Source: the human T2T-CHM13v2.0 reference genome, Homo sapiens
NCBI RefSeq assembly: GCF_009914755.1
Contig: NC_060934.1
Reading direction: 5' to 3' (one strand)
DNA length: 64,000 nucleotides
Shown here: positions 1 through 16,124 of the stretch, one piece after another
How positions within the stretch are numbered: the first letter of the stretch is position 1
Layout of the letters: each line of letters opens with the position of its first letter
The notes under the pieces: model-generated
The model's input: only the letters and a program-made list of their open reading frames with translations
Database searches by the model: none
Told to the model about the DNA's origin: nothing
Made by a program: the position numbers and the translations under genes

Positions 1-93
1 ACAGGTGAATCACAAGGTCAGGAGTTTGAGACCAGCCTGGCCAACATCGTGAAACCCCGTATCTAGTAAAAATACAAAAATTGGCTGGGCCTA

Positions 94-530
<437 letters not shown>

Positions 531-832
531 TAAAAAGTTCTTATGCTGAAAAGTGTCAGATGTGGAACAGCAATACATCAGCAGCTCAATCACCAGCATA
601 GTGTCAGTGTAATCCCAAGTAAGCGAGGCAACACCAAACCAGCCTCTTGTTACACAGCCATGTGACTAAGGGCAGAAGGTAAAATATAGAAATAAACTAT
701 GAAGAAAATGAGGCCAGGCGCGGTGGCTCACGCCTATAATCCTAGCACTTTGGGAGGCTGAGGAGGGCGGATCACCTGAGGTCGGGAGTTTGAGACCAGC
801 CTGACCAACATGGAGAAACCCCGTCTCTATTA

Positions 833-991
<159 letters not shown>

Positions 992-1721
992 TCAAAAAAA
1001 TAAATAAATAAATAAAAAGACTATGAATACTTTGGTGTGGTGGAGAGGGGTAGAGAATTTTAGAAAAGGAAAAGAGAAACAACATAGAAGAAAAGAAAAA
1101 AGTATCACAAGTAGGGGTCCAAATATCTTATTTACTGTGCATAAAAACTATCCTCAAGAAGGAACTATCTAAAAAATGCATATACTGGCCAGGCACAGTG
1201 GCTCGTGCTTGTAATCCTAGCAGTATGGGAGGCCGAGGCAGGCGGACTGCTTGAGCTCAGGACTTTGAGACCAGCCTGGGCAACACGGCGAAACCCCATC
1301 TCTACAAAAAAAATACAAAAAAGTTAGCTGATGCGTAGTGGCTTGCACCTGTAGTCCCAGCTACTTGCAGGGCTGATGCAAGAGGATAACTTGAGCCTGG
1401 GAGGTCAAGGCTGCAGTGAGCCATGTTTGTGCTATTGCATTCCTGGGTGACAAGGTGAGACACTGTCTCAAAACAACAACAACATATACTGATGTATAAA
1501 CCAAAATAATCACGTAATGTGTTGGCCAACATGGGGCATAAAACTTTTTTGGAGATGAAAAATGTATTTAAGTTGGGACAGGACAGACTTATTAAGAAGT
1601 GCTCCTATCACAAAGTAGACTCTCAAGAGCTCTTATTTTTAAATCACAATGTAGAATGCATTAGTCAGAAGGCAAGTTATTAACCTTCTGAGAAACCACC
1701 AAATAGATTTAAATTACTTAA

Positions 1722-1892
<171 letters not shown>

Positions 1893-2391
1893 TGAGTAGC
1901 TGGCATTACAGGCACCCGCCACCACACCCAGCTAATTTTTTTTTGTATTTTTAGTAGAGATGGAGTTTCACCACGTTGGCCGGGCTGGTCTTGAACTCCT
2001 GACTTCAGGTGATACACCCGCCTTGGCCTCCCAAAGTGCTGGGATTACAGGCACGAGCCACTGTGCCTGACCAAGACCATAACATCTTTAAGTATGAAAC
2101 TTTAAAACAGAGGAAAAAAATGTTCTTTGTCTTTATTGTGTTTTCACCTGAGGAAATATTACAATAGTACTCCCAAATAAAAAACTGTCCCAATATTGGG
2201 GAAACAGTGAAAAATGTCATGCTAAGAATAAGCCATAAGAATTCTTTCTGCAAGAAAATTAATTTAGAAAGCACTAAGATTTTATGATGTATCTATGTAC
2301 TTTTCCATTTTAGTAAGTACTTTAATAAAAAATAAAAATAAATAAATAAAAAAGACCATTACCATAGTATAATTCTTAACCTTTGTATTAC

Positions 2392-2584
2392 CTCAGCCTC
2401 AGAGAGTTCCTTGTCACCATTTGGCTTGGTATACTTCTCCTGCATGAAGGGGATCCAGGAAATTTTACATTTTTTAATAAAGGGGGTCACATCTACAGTG
2501 CCCAAGGCATAACCACATATGCCATCTTCATCTTCTAGGACAAAGCAGTAATCCAGGCTGAGGGAAAGCAGCCCTCCTACTAAC
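2392..2584 (-). CDS. OGA: OGA exon 14 ([28 protein letters not shown]...ELSEAE), 193 nt; later exons lie outside the window
   Basis: Lies in ORF 2359..2607; agcag|GTT...GAG|gtaata; cumulative CDS 2454. Confidence 0.95.
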
Positions 2585-2849
2585 CTGCTCAGAAGGAAAG
2601 AGGCCACAGTAAACTTTTCAGTTGCTAATATAAAATTCAGACTTCAGTGATCCAAGACCCACTGTACTTGCATGAACTTACGGAACCTACATTTGGTGTA
2701 AGAAACTAGAAATGCACACATATTCAGATTTTACTAAAGCCAAAGTGGGATTTAAAATAAATAAATATATTTCCAGTCATCACCTCCCCTCAACCTGATA
2801 AGCCTCACTATGAAAGGTCTACTCTCAAATCCAAATACTTATCACATAC

Positions 2850-2935
2850 TTGTCTCCAATAAGATCAGGCTGACTTTGAAAGGGTAAACCCACTCCATCG
2901 TCATACATTTCTCTGCAAATCTTGTACACGGATGC
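2850..2935 (-). CDS. OGA: OGA exon 13 ([28 protein letters not shown]), 86 nt, pseudo-HAT domain
   Basis: ttcag|GCA...ACAA|gtatgt; phase consistent with neighbours. Confidence 0.95.
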
Positions 2936-3097
2936 CTGAAAATATAATCTAGTTAAGCAACACATCAAGAAAAATGGCAGCAGAATCTAACAATATAACT
3001 CACAAGTCAGTCTGGGGAGGGAGTAACAAAATGGCCTGTCAGAAACATCTATCAGAAATATCACCTCTTCTTTGTAAAATAAAGATTTATTCATTGA

Positions 3098-3784
<687 letters not shown>

Positions 3785-4334
3785 TGAGCCACCAAGCCCG
3801 GCCTATTTGTATTTTTAATAGAGAAAGGGTTTCACCATGTTGCCTAGGCTGGTCTTGAACTCCTGACCTCAGGTGATTTGCCCACCTCGGCCTCCCAAAG
3901 TACTGGGATTACAGACGTGAGCCACCGCGCCTGGCCCTGTTACTGTCTTTAAACAGTCTTGCTTTTTTCTTTAGCTGATTGTCAACAGCCTGTAGATACT
4001 TCACAATTGAAAGAAAATTACAGAACACCAATATATTAGAGATAATTAGTCTAAGGACAACACATCATTTAGACACATTAACTATTTTGTAACTCCAACT
4101 CTGAATACATTTCATCTGACTTTCTCAAGGGAGAAATTAAAGAACTTGGCACAAGATGTTAAAAGTCTAAACTCCTTAAATTTCTCAAGATACACTGAAT
4201 GTTTTAATGAACTTTCTCCATCTAAAGTTTGCAGTTTTAAGACAGAAGGATTCCTTTAACCAGTGAGTTAAAAGGTTAAGTTTTAAGTGTGCACCATACC
4301 CATACACCAAGTTGGTAGGTAGAGAGACAATTAC

Positions 4335-4439
4335 CTCATCCTTAGGAAAATAAGGTCTGATAGTATAAACTTTGGAGGTAGGAGTCAGTGGAGGTGGCTG
4401 AAAAAAGAGATCATTTGCCCCATCAATTGGCAGCAAACG
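4335..4439 (-). CDS. OGA: OGA exon 12 ([35 protein letters not shown]), 105 nt
   Basis: Lies in ORF 4185..4436; cacag|CGT...GAG|gtaatt. Confidence 0.96.
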
Positions 4440-5408
4440 CTGTGGGAAGAAAAAAAAGGAGATGGATTAGTTTGGGGAAGGTATCCATTTTTTTAAATGG
4501 GTGTGCACTGCAGATTACCAACTTATATTAACTGGCTACTGCAGGCAGACCTAAAGAAGAGGGGTGTACTATGCTTTACTAATAGAAATACCTCTTTGCT
4601 GGGGGAGGGGAGTGCTTCTGAATAGAAATTACCCACTCTGAGTTACAGCTTTAGTGGCATATTAATGGGGATTTAAATTTACAGTAAAAACAAAAACAAA
4701 AACAAAAACAAACCTATTCCAATTATGACAAATCTATTTTTTTTTAAAACCTATCTTAGATAGACCATCTCCCTACGATAAGATGGCAGAACAGAATGTC
4801 AGGAGGAGAGGTTTGGTCTGAAGAGGGTTATCTGTCCAGGAGACGCTTTATCCCCAAAGCAATGCGCTTCAGTTTGCTGTGCGCAGCAGAGCACCTGTTG
4901 GGGGGAGAAAAGTAGAGCACCTAGAAAGTCCATGAACAAATTCCAGCAGCAAAAAAACTTCCTATTTTGTTCATATTTTCAGCAATGGACAATTCTTTCA
5001 AGCACATTATATTTATAAAATAATTGGATAAATATCCAAAAGCTCTTTCACCATTTATTGGCATAATTACTATCTTTTGTTCATGGAGCTTCCACTGGCA
5101 GACAAGCATGCGCGCATTGTGCATTGCGGGCGCAGATTAAAATGCTGTGCGACCTGCAAAGAAACAATGTGAAGTGTATACCTAGAGCCGCTGCGCTTCG
5201 CAGGCGCGGGGGGGATTGGCAGCATCTCCTTCAGAAATTACTGTGAAAGAGGAGGAAAATTTGATTTAAAAATCCAGCTATGTAACTAAATTGAATTTGG
5301 GACTAGAAAGCCTTCGGCAGACCAATCCTTCCAGCCATCTGATGCGCAACATAAGGTTTCTCATAAAACAAAGAAAATGTCAATTCAGTTGTGAATTCAT
5401 ATTGATAC

Positions 5409-5494
5409 CTGGAACTCTCCTGCTAGACCACCTCTAAAGGCCCAGGGTTCTTGGTCTCCAATTAAGAATTGTGCTGAAGAATGACTACGACACC
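5409..5494 (-). CDS. OGA: OGA exon 11 ([28 protein letters not shown]), 86 nt
   Basis: caacag|GGTGT...CCAG|gtatca; not in the ORF track, translated by hand; cumulative CDS 2070. Confidence 0.95.
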
Positions 5495-7210
5495 CTGTTG
5501 AGATCAGATCCAAGCGGAGAACGTTACGAGAAAGGGGATTTCCTGGGGTCTCAAATGTCCAACAAACTGACAAACACTTCGTGGAAATAACTCTCTAACA
5601 ATAATCAGGGTTTCAGGGCAAGGCTATGATAATAATTATTATTTTTTAAAATGTTAACGGCATTTCAATACTAATGTTCCTTCCTCCAATTAATGAATAA
5701 TCAGTATTATCAGTTCTACTCTTTAATTACTGGAAGGAAAGTAAGTCCCAAGTTTGTCTGAGTCAACTTTATATATTCCCTAGATATTATACAAATCAAG
5801 CTAGCTGCTTGCTCTGTCATAAAATTATAGTAACTATTAACTAAAATGACTGATAATTAGACACTTTATTATCACAGCCCATGAAGGAATTCAACCTGTC
5901 TGAAGTCACATTTTACATTTTGAGGAAGGGTACAGGTAAGGGAAAAGGGCGGGGGAGAAGGATTAATCTTGTCAGAAAACTAAGGTCAGTAGAATAAAAT
6001 ACAAGAAATTAAGTTGACAAAATGAAACATAATGAGAAAAATTTTTTTGGACAAAAACAATTCAAAATCAGACTTGGCTAATAATACCAGTCTGACAGAT
6101 TCTGAGAACTAAGGAGAGCCAATTGATGTTATTTTGCCCAGAGCTAAATATACTTTTCTTAAAAGTATGACAGTATCTGGTTCCTCTGACCAGCCATTAT
6201 AATAATCTTTGCAATACACTGAACATACACATGGAATACAGAAGTCTCTATTTAAGGTCACCAGTTAACTAACTTAATAGGCAATAACGCTAGCTAACAG
6301 TAAGACATAAAGGCAAATGTTTGGAGGCCAAATCAAAATCACTTGCCTAGTCTTCTGACAAGATAAAGCAGCGCAATATAGTTCTTTTCCATTGGAAGAC
6401 AGCATTCTACCTCCTGTTCAAGTTAACAGTCTCATCAGTACAAATATAGTGTGCTAGTCAGACAGTCCCAAAGCAAACCAATTTTTTGTTAACAATTCAG
6501 GCCCATTAAGAGTTTGTATCTGGTTTGTCATTTTTCAAGGGTAGGGGTACTTTTAAAAAACATAAAATGTAGTATTTGTAAAATAAATATGAAACAGGGT
6601 CAAAATTTAGACTATACGAGAACCTGTCCCATTCCGTAACTCAGTGTAATTTACACTGCAGGAAAAAAACTATACCTCTCAAACTTTAAGATCAGCCAAT
6701 TTCCCCTACCCCCTACTTTGAGACTACAACATAACTAGCACTTCCAACTATTACAATAAAAAGCTGCATGTACGAAGAGCTGTGTAAATGAAAACATGGT
6801 TAATGCCTCAGTCGCTGCGCAAACGTGACTTCAGTTCATGTCTACCGCCCTTAAATCTACCTGAGCTACCTCACAGATAGAACCTTGCAATTTAAACTAA
6901 TTAATCATGACGCGCTGTGAACATCTGCCGCTGTCCATCCAATAGTAGTAGACACTTGTGCTGAGGATTCTCCCATCTGTACACAATGGGGAAGAAGATA
7001 ATAGAAGTCATTAGTAATCAAAAGTACTGCATAGCCACATTGTTTAAAGGACTGAATGCCAGCTGGACTGGAGAGAGGAGGAAAAGGAAGGGTTCCAATC
7101 AGTAAACCCCCTGAAATTACTACAGAACCAAGAAAATACTCTCCCTGTCGTGAGCTTTTGTAAAGCTATGTGGATATGAAGATAATTATTTAAAACTTCT
7201 AAGATGTTAT

Positions 7211-7384
7211 AAGGGGTGTCCAATCTTTTGGCTTCCCTGGGCCACACTGGAAGAACTGTCTTGGGCCACACATAAAATACACTAATGATAGTTGATGAGC
7301 TTAAAAAAAATAAAAAATAAAAAAACTCACAATGTTTTAAGAAAGTTTACAAACTTGTGTTGAGCCACAGGCTGGACAAGCTTG
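7211..7384 (+). mobile_element. MER30-like hAT DNA transposon
   Basis: ggggtgtccaatcttttggcttccctgggccaca ... ggacaagcttg ends. Confidence 0.8.
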
Positions 7385-7777
7385 CTGTAAGAGCTTGAGA
7401 TTGTGTAAGAGGTATCTATATAATTTTGGAAAGCTACCACCATAAATGCTCAGTGCAGAGATAAACCCTGAGAAGAGAAAGAAACAATACTGTGTATCAT
7501 TAAGAATTTAACTTTTAATAATTCTTAAATTAAAAACTGAATATCAAATGTTTTCTGTAATACATTTCAAGCTCAATAATCCAGATTTCAGGTTCAAAAT
7601 TCCTAAGGGCCTTAGAAACTTAAGTTTAAATCCCTATAAGAATGAATTATAAGAACCTGAGCAGAAACCTGGAAGGCAAATGTTGTCATCCAGCAACCAA
7701 TATTGAGGTCTCTTGAGCCTAAGGGTAGATGTCTCCCATGTACAGGAGCTATACAGAGCCTCCCCCCAGCCCCACAA

Positions 7778-8383
<606 letters not shown>

Positions 8384-9425
8384 AGCTATACAGAGCCTTT
8401 TAACATGAGGTCAAAATACTCTCTTCTACCTGTTATTACAGCAATCCAAAAAAAGTTATCTATTTTCAAATTAACAATCTGAGACTCTACTTTTAGTAGC
8501 TAATTAGTTGTATCACAGGGAAACTTTTTTTTTTTTTTTTTAAATATTTAAGAGCTCAAAGGTATACAGGCAGAAAGTGGAAAATCTCACTACTACTTTT
8601 TATTCTAAGCTCACGGTGTTTCAGATATCTATTTCACAACCAAGACCATGAAACCCATCATAGTATTTGTGACTACTATGAAAACTATGACATGTCAGTC
8701 AGCCTTGCTGCCTGCTGTGTGCTGTATATAAGTCCATTACATATTCCTTATAGCTGGATTGAAAACCTGAAAATGAAATGAAGTCCCTAGAGAAACTTGG
8801 CCATGCTGGTGCTTTTTACCAAGTTTGACAATTTAAAAAAAAAAAATCAGTGTTCAAAGGAGACATACAAAAGTCCATTTAATGTAGCAGAGATGTTTAG
8901 GGGATTACAATTTCTATCCCCTGGTAAAACCAATACTTGGTAGAAGGATAAAGAAAAAGCCACGTGAAATAATACTGAATAGCACCAGAATAGCCTTACA
9001 CTAAAGCTCGCATGCGCACAGGGCTGGGAGGATGGCTTCCTCTTGCCAGGCCCTTTAGGTCATTTCAGCAATTGTTCTGTTAAACATAGCATTAATGTTA
9101 TCAAGACACAGCAAGCAGCAGAAAGCTTGTGGAGTCACATTTCATAGTGTCTCATCTCCAAATCAGATAAAAGTGGTATACAGGGTTCCATCCAGAAAGC
9201 ATTCAGTCAGAGCAAGTTAAAGTCAGTACTTTCTAACATACTTTTAAGATACTTATGCTGAATTAGCCCAAGGGAGAAAAATTAATGTGCTTGATGTATT
9301 TACTAAGACTTGCATCTCAAGTCTTCAATAATGCCTATTTTTGAAAGAAACCTAGGCAACGAATTGAAGAGACTTGGAAATGTGCCAATTCCCTAAATGT
9401 TTTTCTCCCTGTGGGATAATTTTTT

Positions 9426-9475
9426 TTAAAGGGACAATATATTTGAGGAGAAGAGATTATTCCTGGTGCACCTAC
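9426..9475 (-). CDS. OGA: Intron-10 read-through tail of short OGA ([15 protein letters not shown], 677-aa isoform)
   Basis: ORF 9426..9611 continues past the exon 10 donor to TAA; matches the known OGA-S C-terminus. Confidence 0.85.
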
Positions 9476-9650
9476 CTAACCACTGTACAAAAGACTTCAC
9501 CATAGACATTATACTCTTGATATCCCAAACATAGGAGTACATGTCATAAAGAATTGTCCTGTTGGCACAATTGGAGAGCCGAGTGAACATTCCCATCACT
9601 AGTCCACACATCTCTTCAAACTTGGCTGCTCGTGACCGCCATTCTTCAAT
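9476..9650 (-). CDS. OGA: OGA exon 10 ([16 protein letters not shown]...KSFVQWL), 175 nt
   Basis: atag|ATT...TTAG|gtaggt; cumulative CDS 1984. Confidence 0.96.
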
Positions 9651-9809
9651 CTATTGAAGATCAATAAAAAGACTCAAAAAACTGTAAGCTTAACAAAATA
9701 ATCTGAGACACAGTTACACATTAAGCTGCTTATGTTGTCAGGTACTGGCAATTTATCTTAACCATTAAAGTATCATTTTGTGTCTCCCCAAACTGACAAA
9801 TATTCCTAA

Positions 9810-10122
<313 letters not shown>

Positions 10123-10337
10123 TGATCTCAAACTCCTGACCTCAGGTGATCTGCCCGCCTCTGCCTCCCAAAGTTCTGGGACTACAGGCATGAGCCATCA
10201 TAACCGGCCTAAAGAACATATTCTAAAACATGGTCAATTTTCTGTCAGTTACAGTGTACTCATTTAAGAACCTTTTCCACATTACCAGTATGGGGAACCA
10301 CCCAGGCTTCAGCAGCAGGTACATTAAACATACTCAC

Positions 10338-10951
10338 TTTTTCAGAGTCTTTTCCTTTGCAATTGACACTGACAACACTACTATTTGCTCGAAGCCATTG
10401 AAATTCCCGTAACATCTGTGCTCCTTTGGGTCCATGCTCGTAAGGAAGGTAGAATAGATCAGCAAGTAACTGCAAATCCTCCAGGGTCACTGGTTCCGCA
10501 GTGTACAAAGGCTTTTCATTTGGACCTGGCACAAACTGCTCCTTGTTTGTCTGTTCATCAGTTTGCATGGGGGCAATGTCACTAATACAATCTTCTTGCA
10601 TGGACATCTCTGGGGATTTTGATTCAGCTATGCTCTCTTTATCAGTGTCCATTGGTTTCAATTCCTCTGCCATTTTCGCTTCAACAATTTCACTCAGTAT
10701 TTGATTGTCATTCTTGTGGTCCGTTTCTTCTTGTTTTTCCACCACCATGTCCATGGGTTCTTCATCAGGCTGTTTCTTTTCTTCTTCCTTGGTCAGAGTA
10801 GTAGGCTCACCACTCAAGGCTGCTCCCTGGCTCATAATGGGCTCCTGATAAACTGTTGTTACTACGGTTGTGGCATTTAAAGAGGGTGCTGCAACTAAAG
10901 GAGTCCCATCAACTACACTTGCTTTAGCTCCACTGTGTGCAACTTGCCTAC
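10338..10951 (-). CDS. OGA: OGA exon 9 (stalk/disordered region; contains VAHSGAK and SVVD), 614 nt
   Basis: Lies in ORF 10260..10988; tgtag|GTAGGC...AAAA|gtgagt; cumulative CDS 1809. Confidence 0.96.
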
Positions 10952-11737
10952 CTACAAAAATAAATAAATGTATAAATAAAATGGTCACACAGATAATCAG
11001 AATTAGAGATAGAACACATTAGATTCAGAAAGATGCTTTATCATATTTGTTAAGTGGAACCTCAATTTTAGATCCAAATTAATTTGACCTCTAAGAAAAA
11101 TGAGATTTCTCTATACTACTAGGGATGCAGGAATGGAAGGGCGTTGGGAGGTAAACATGCCAACATCTACTATTACATTCTCTTTTGAAAATTTGTGTCT
11201 AAAAACCCTTAAATTACTTCAAAAAATATGTTTTTAAGAGAAATTAGCATTCCATCAAAATAAAAGCTAATATTTAAGACCAAAAGTAAGATTTAAAAAT
11301 CCTTATTCTCTAGATCCCCCAATTTCATTTAATTTCACTTTGCTTAGTGGGCATAAGGTAAGGCACATGACAGTGTTCTTTTTTTTGAGACAGAGTCTCG
11401 CTCTGTCACCCAGGCTGGAGTACAGTGGCTCAATCTTGGCTCACTGCAACCTCTGCCTCCCAGGTTGAGGCGACTGTCCTGCCTCAGCCTCCCAAGTAGG
11501 TGGGACGACAGGCGCATGCCACCACGCCCGGCTAATCTTTGTATTTTTAGTAGGGACAAGGTTTCACTATGTTGGCCAGGCTGGTCTCGAACTCCTGACC
11601 TCAGGTGATCCGCCTGCCTCGGCCTCCCAAAGTGCTGAGATTACAGGTGTGAGCCACCACACCCGGGAGACAGTGTTCTTTACTTTGTGACTCAACTATG
11701 TGATCTAACCCCCTTAACAAAGAATGGCCAAACTCAC

Positions 11738-11896
11738 TGCTGTATTGATGAGGCACACCAAACTCTTGCAACCATTCTGTTAATGCTAGCTTTAGAGCCA
11801 TCTGTGGACTATAGAGTACATCAGTTTCAATATCTTCATCACTGCCTTCATTTTCTAATTTTATCTGGATGGACACAGTACTATCTTCACTGTCAG
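11738..11896 (-). CDS. OGA: OGA exon 8 ([12 protein letters not shown]...GVPHQYS), 159 nt, skippable in frame
   Basis: tgcag|CTG...AGCA|gtgagt; symmetric phase 1-1, 53 codons. Confidence 0.95.
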
Positions 11897-12246
11897 CTGC
11901 AAAAAATAAAATAAAAAAGCACAAAAATAGTTTTGATTACAAAAGCCTTCTGACAAGTGAGAAGAATAAATGCAACTAGTTTTCACAGTATAACCACAGA
12001 AACAAAGAACAGAATGAGAACAAACCTTAAACATAAAAATTCAAATAAAAGCAAGACCCTTCACCAAACCACTTCATATAGGATAGTAACCTAAACGTAA
12101 TGTTAAATGTAAAATCTCAATTGAAATAAGAAATATAAATTTTAGTATCAGTGGAAGAGTCAATCTTAACCGTCTACTGAGTACTAATTGTTGGGAAGTC
12201 AAGGTCAAAAGTACCATGCTTTTCGTATGAAGAAAACATTGCATAG

Positions 12247-12567
<321 letters not shown>

Positions 12568-12725
12568 TAACTTCATTAATAAAGGCGCTGAGGGAAAAAG
12601 AAGAGGCCAGGCATGGTGGCTCATGCCTGTAATCTCAGCACTTTGGGAGGCTGAGGCGGGCAAATCACCTGAGGTCTGCAGTTTGAGACTAGCCTGGCCA
12701 ACATGGTAAAACCCCATCTCTACTA

Positions 12726-13046
<321 letters not shown>

Positions 13047-13379
13047 CTACGTATGTCCCAGGTTTGGATAGTGTCTGCCACCCTTAGTATGTTCCTTGCT
13101 GTGCCTTAAAAGATGTAGGAGTTAAGTGCCATGTACGCTGACAGCATTTAAATTATATTCCCAATTTGTTTTTTATTGAGGGGAGGAGGATGACAATGAC
13201 TGAGCCAAACAAAAGGGAGACATTAATTCAATAAACAATTCAAAGCAGAGGTATGGAATTGAGAAACAGATGACAACTATTAATATTACTACATACTATC
13301 ATGACACTTCAGTAGCCAAAATGGGCCAAAATTCAGGGAACTTCAAAAGTTCAGTGTTCAGGCTGGGCACAGTGGCTCA

Positions 13380-13696
<317 letters not shown>

Positions 13697-13805
13697 TTAA
13701 CGCCCAGCAAACTCTCCTCATACTTTGATCCAGCTTAAAAGTCTGTGAAATCTCTTAGCAAAAATAATCACTCTCTCCCGTGTTCACACAGCACTTTATA
13801 AATTA

Positions 13806-14163
<358 letters not shown>

Positions 14164-14309
14164 TCAAAAAGAAAAAAAAAAAACTACTTTATTCTTTGCC
14201 CCCTCAGTGCCCATGAACATGCATCTGCCCCATGACAGATTATTTAAATGTAAATAATTATCAAGCACCTTACTTAGAACTCTATTAATTAGAGATTTTT
14301 CATAAATTA

Positions 14310-14714
<405 letters not shown>

Positions 14715-15231
14715 CTAGTTATCTAAAATATCCTTTTCAATAAAATTGCCTGAAAATACATTTTATCCGAATGATTCTAGAGATAATGGAAACACTTAAA
14801 AGACTGTCTCCTCTAGTACTCAGACTTCAAAGACTGAACCATATTTTATTTTTATTTATTTCATAGGATTTTCATCTGTTGTCCAGGCTGGAGTGCATTT
14901 CCTGGGATTATAAGCGAGCCACCACGCTGCTTCTGAATCATACTAAAAAAAAAAAAAACAAAAAAAAAAAAAACTAAGGCAAAGAGGTTAAGTGACTTGT
15001 CCAAAGACACTCAACCTTTCTTCTATCATATACATCTTCATCAACAGAATGAAACAACATACCATAATAAAACCACTTGGTTTTGTTTCCTCCTTAGTAA
15101 AACAAAATACGTTTTTAAAAAAATAAATAAAACTGTTTAAGTTGTGATGACAAAGGAATGCATACTTTCCACTGGCTCTAGTTAACCCCAGCTCTCCTCC
15201 CAAGGTGAAAGATCAAGTACAGGCTACTTAC

Positions 15232-15516
15232 TCATCACTACATCTTTTCTCACTCCATTCATGTTTGATTTGTACCAGGTGGCAAGGGTGTGGATAGCAA
15301 CGTAGTTGGCTTCAAATTCACAATTTGGATTAGTGAGGACTCCTTTTAACCGTGGGATGAGTTCTGTGGATCTTCCTTTGTACGGGCCCAGAAACAGTCT
15401 CTTCTGATCATAATCATTAGCATGAATGTTATCCCAGATTACTGGAGCTCTCTTAATAATCTTAGAAACCTCTTCGATGGACTCTACTGGAATTTCTTTA
15501 GAAACAACTTTGGGAC
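15232..15516 (-). CDS. OGA: OGA exon 7 ([12 protein letters not shown]...[11 protein letters not shown]...RKDVVM), 285 nt
   Basis: Lies in ORF 15224..15571; ctag|GTC...ATGA|gtaagt; cumulative CDS 1036. Confidence 0.96.
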
Positions 15517-16001
15517 CTAGAAATAACGACAACCGTTCGTTAAAAGAATCATGGTTCTTGGCTAGACGCATTGGCTCATAACTGTAATCCCAGCACTCTG
15601 GGAGGCAGAGGTGGGCAGATCATTTGAGCCCAGGAGTTCGGACCAGCCTGGGCAACACAGCGAGACCCTATCTTTTTATTTTAAATTAAAAAATATATTT
15701 AAAAAAAAGAATCATGGTTCTTTAAAATATACTGCATATATAACTTTTTATTGTTTTCCTTACGTGTACTTTTTTTTTTTTTTTTTTGAGACAGAGTCTC
15801 GCTGTGTCGCCCAGGCTGGAGTACAGTGGTGTGATCTCGGCTCACTGTAAGCTCCGCCTCCTGGATTCACACCATTCTCCTGCTTCAGCCTCCTGAGTAG
15901 CTGGGACTACAGGCGCCCTCCACCACGCCTGGCTAATTTTTTGTATTTTTTAGTAGAGATGGGGTTTCACTGTGTTAGCCAGGATGGTCTCGATCTCCTC
16001 A

Positions 16002-16124
<123 letters not shown>

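Noticed and set aside
4921-5124. 67-aa ORF in OGA intron 11
   Set aside because: No independent promoter; the sequence is better explained by the splice-regulatory elements listed in findings
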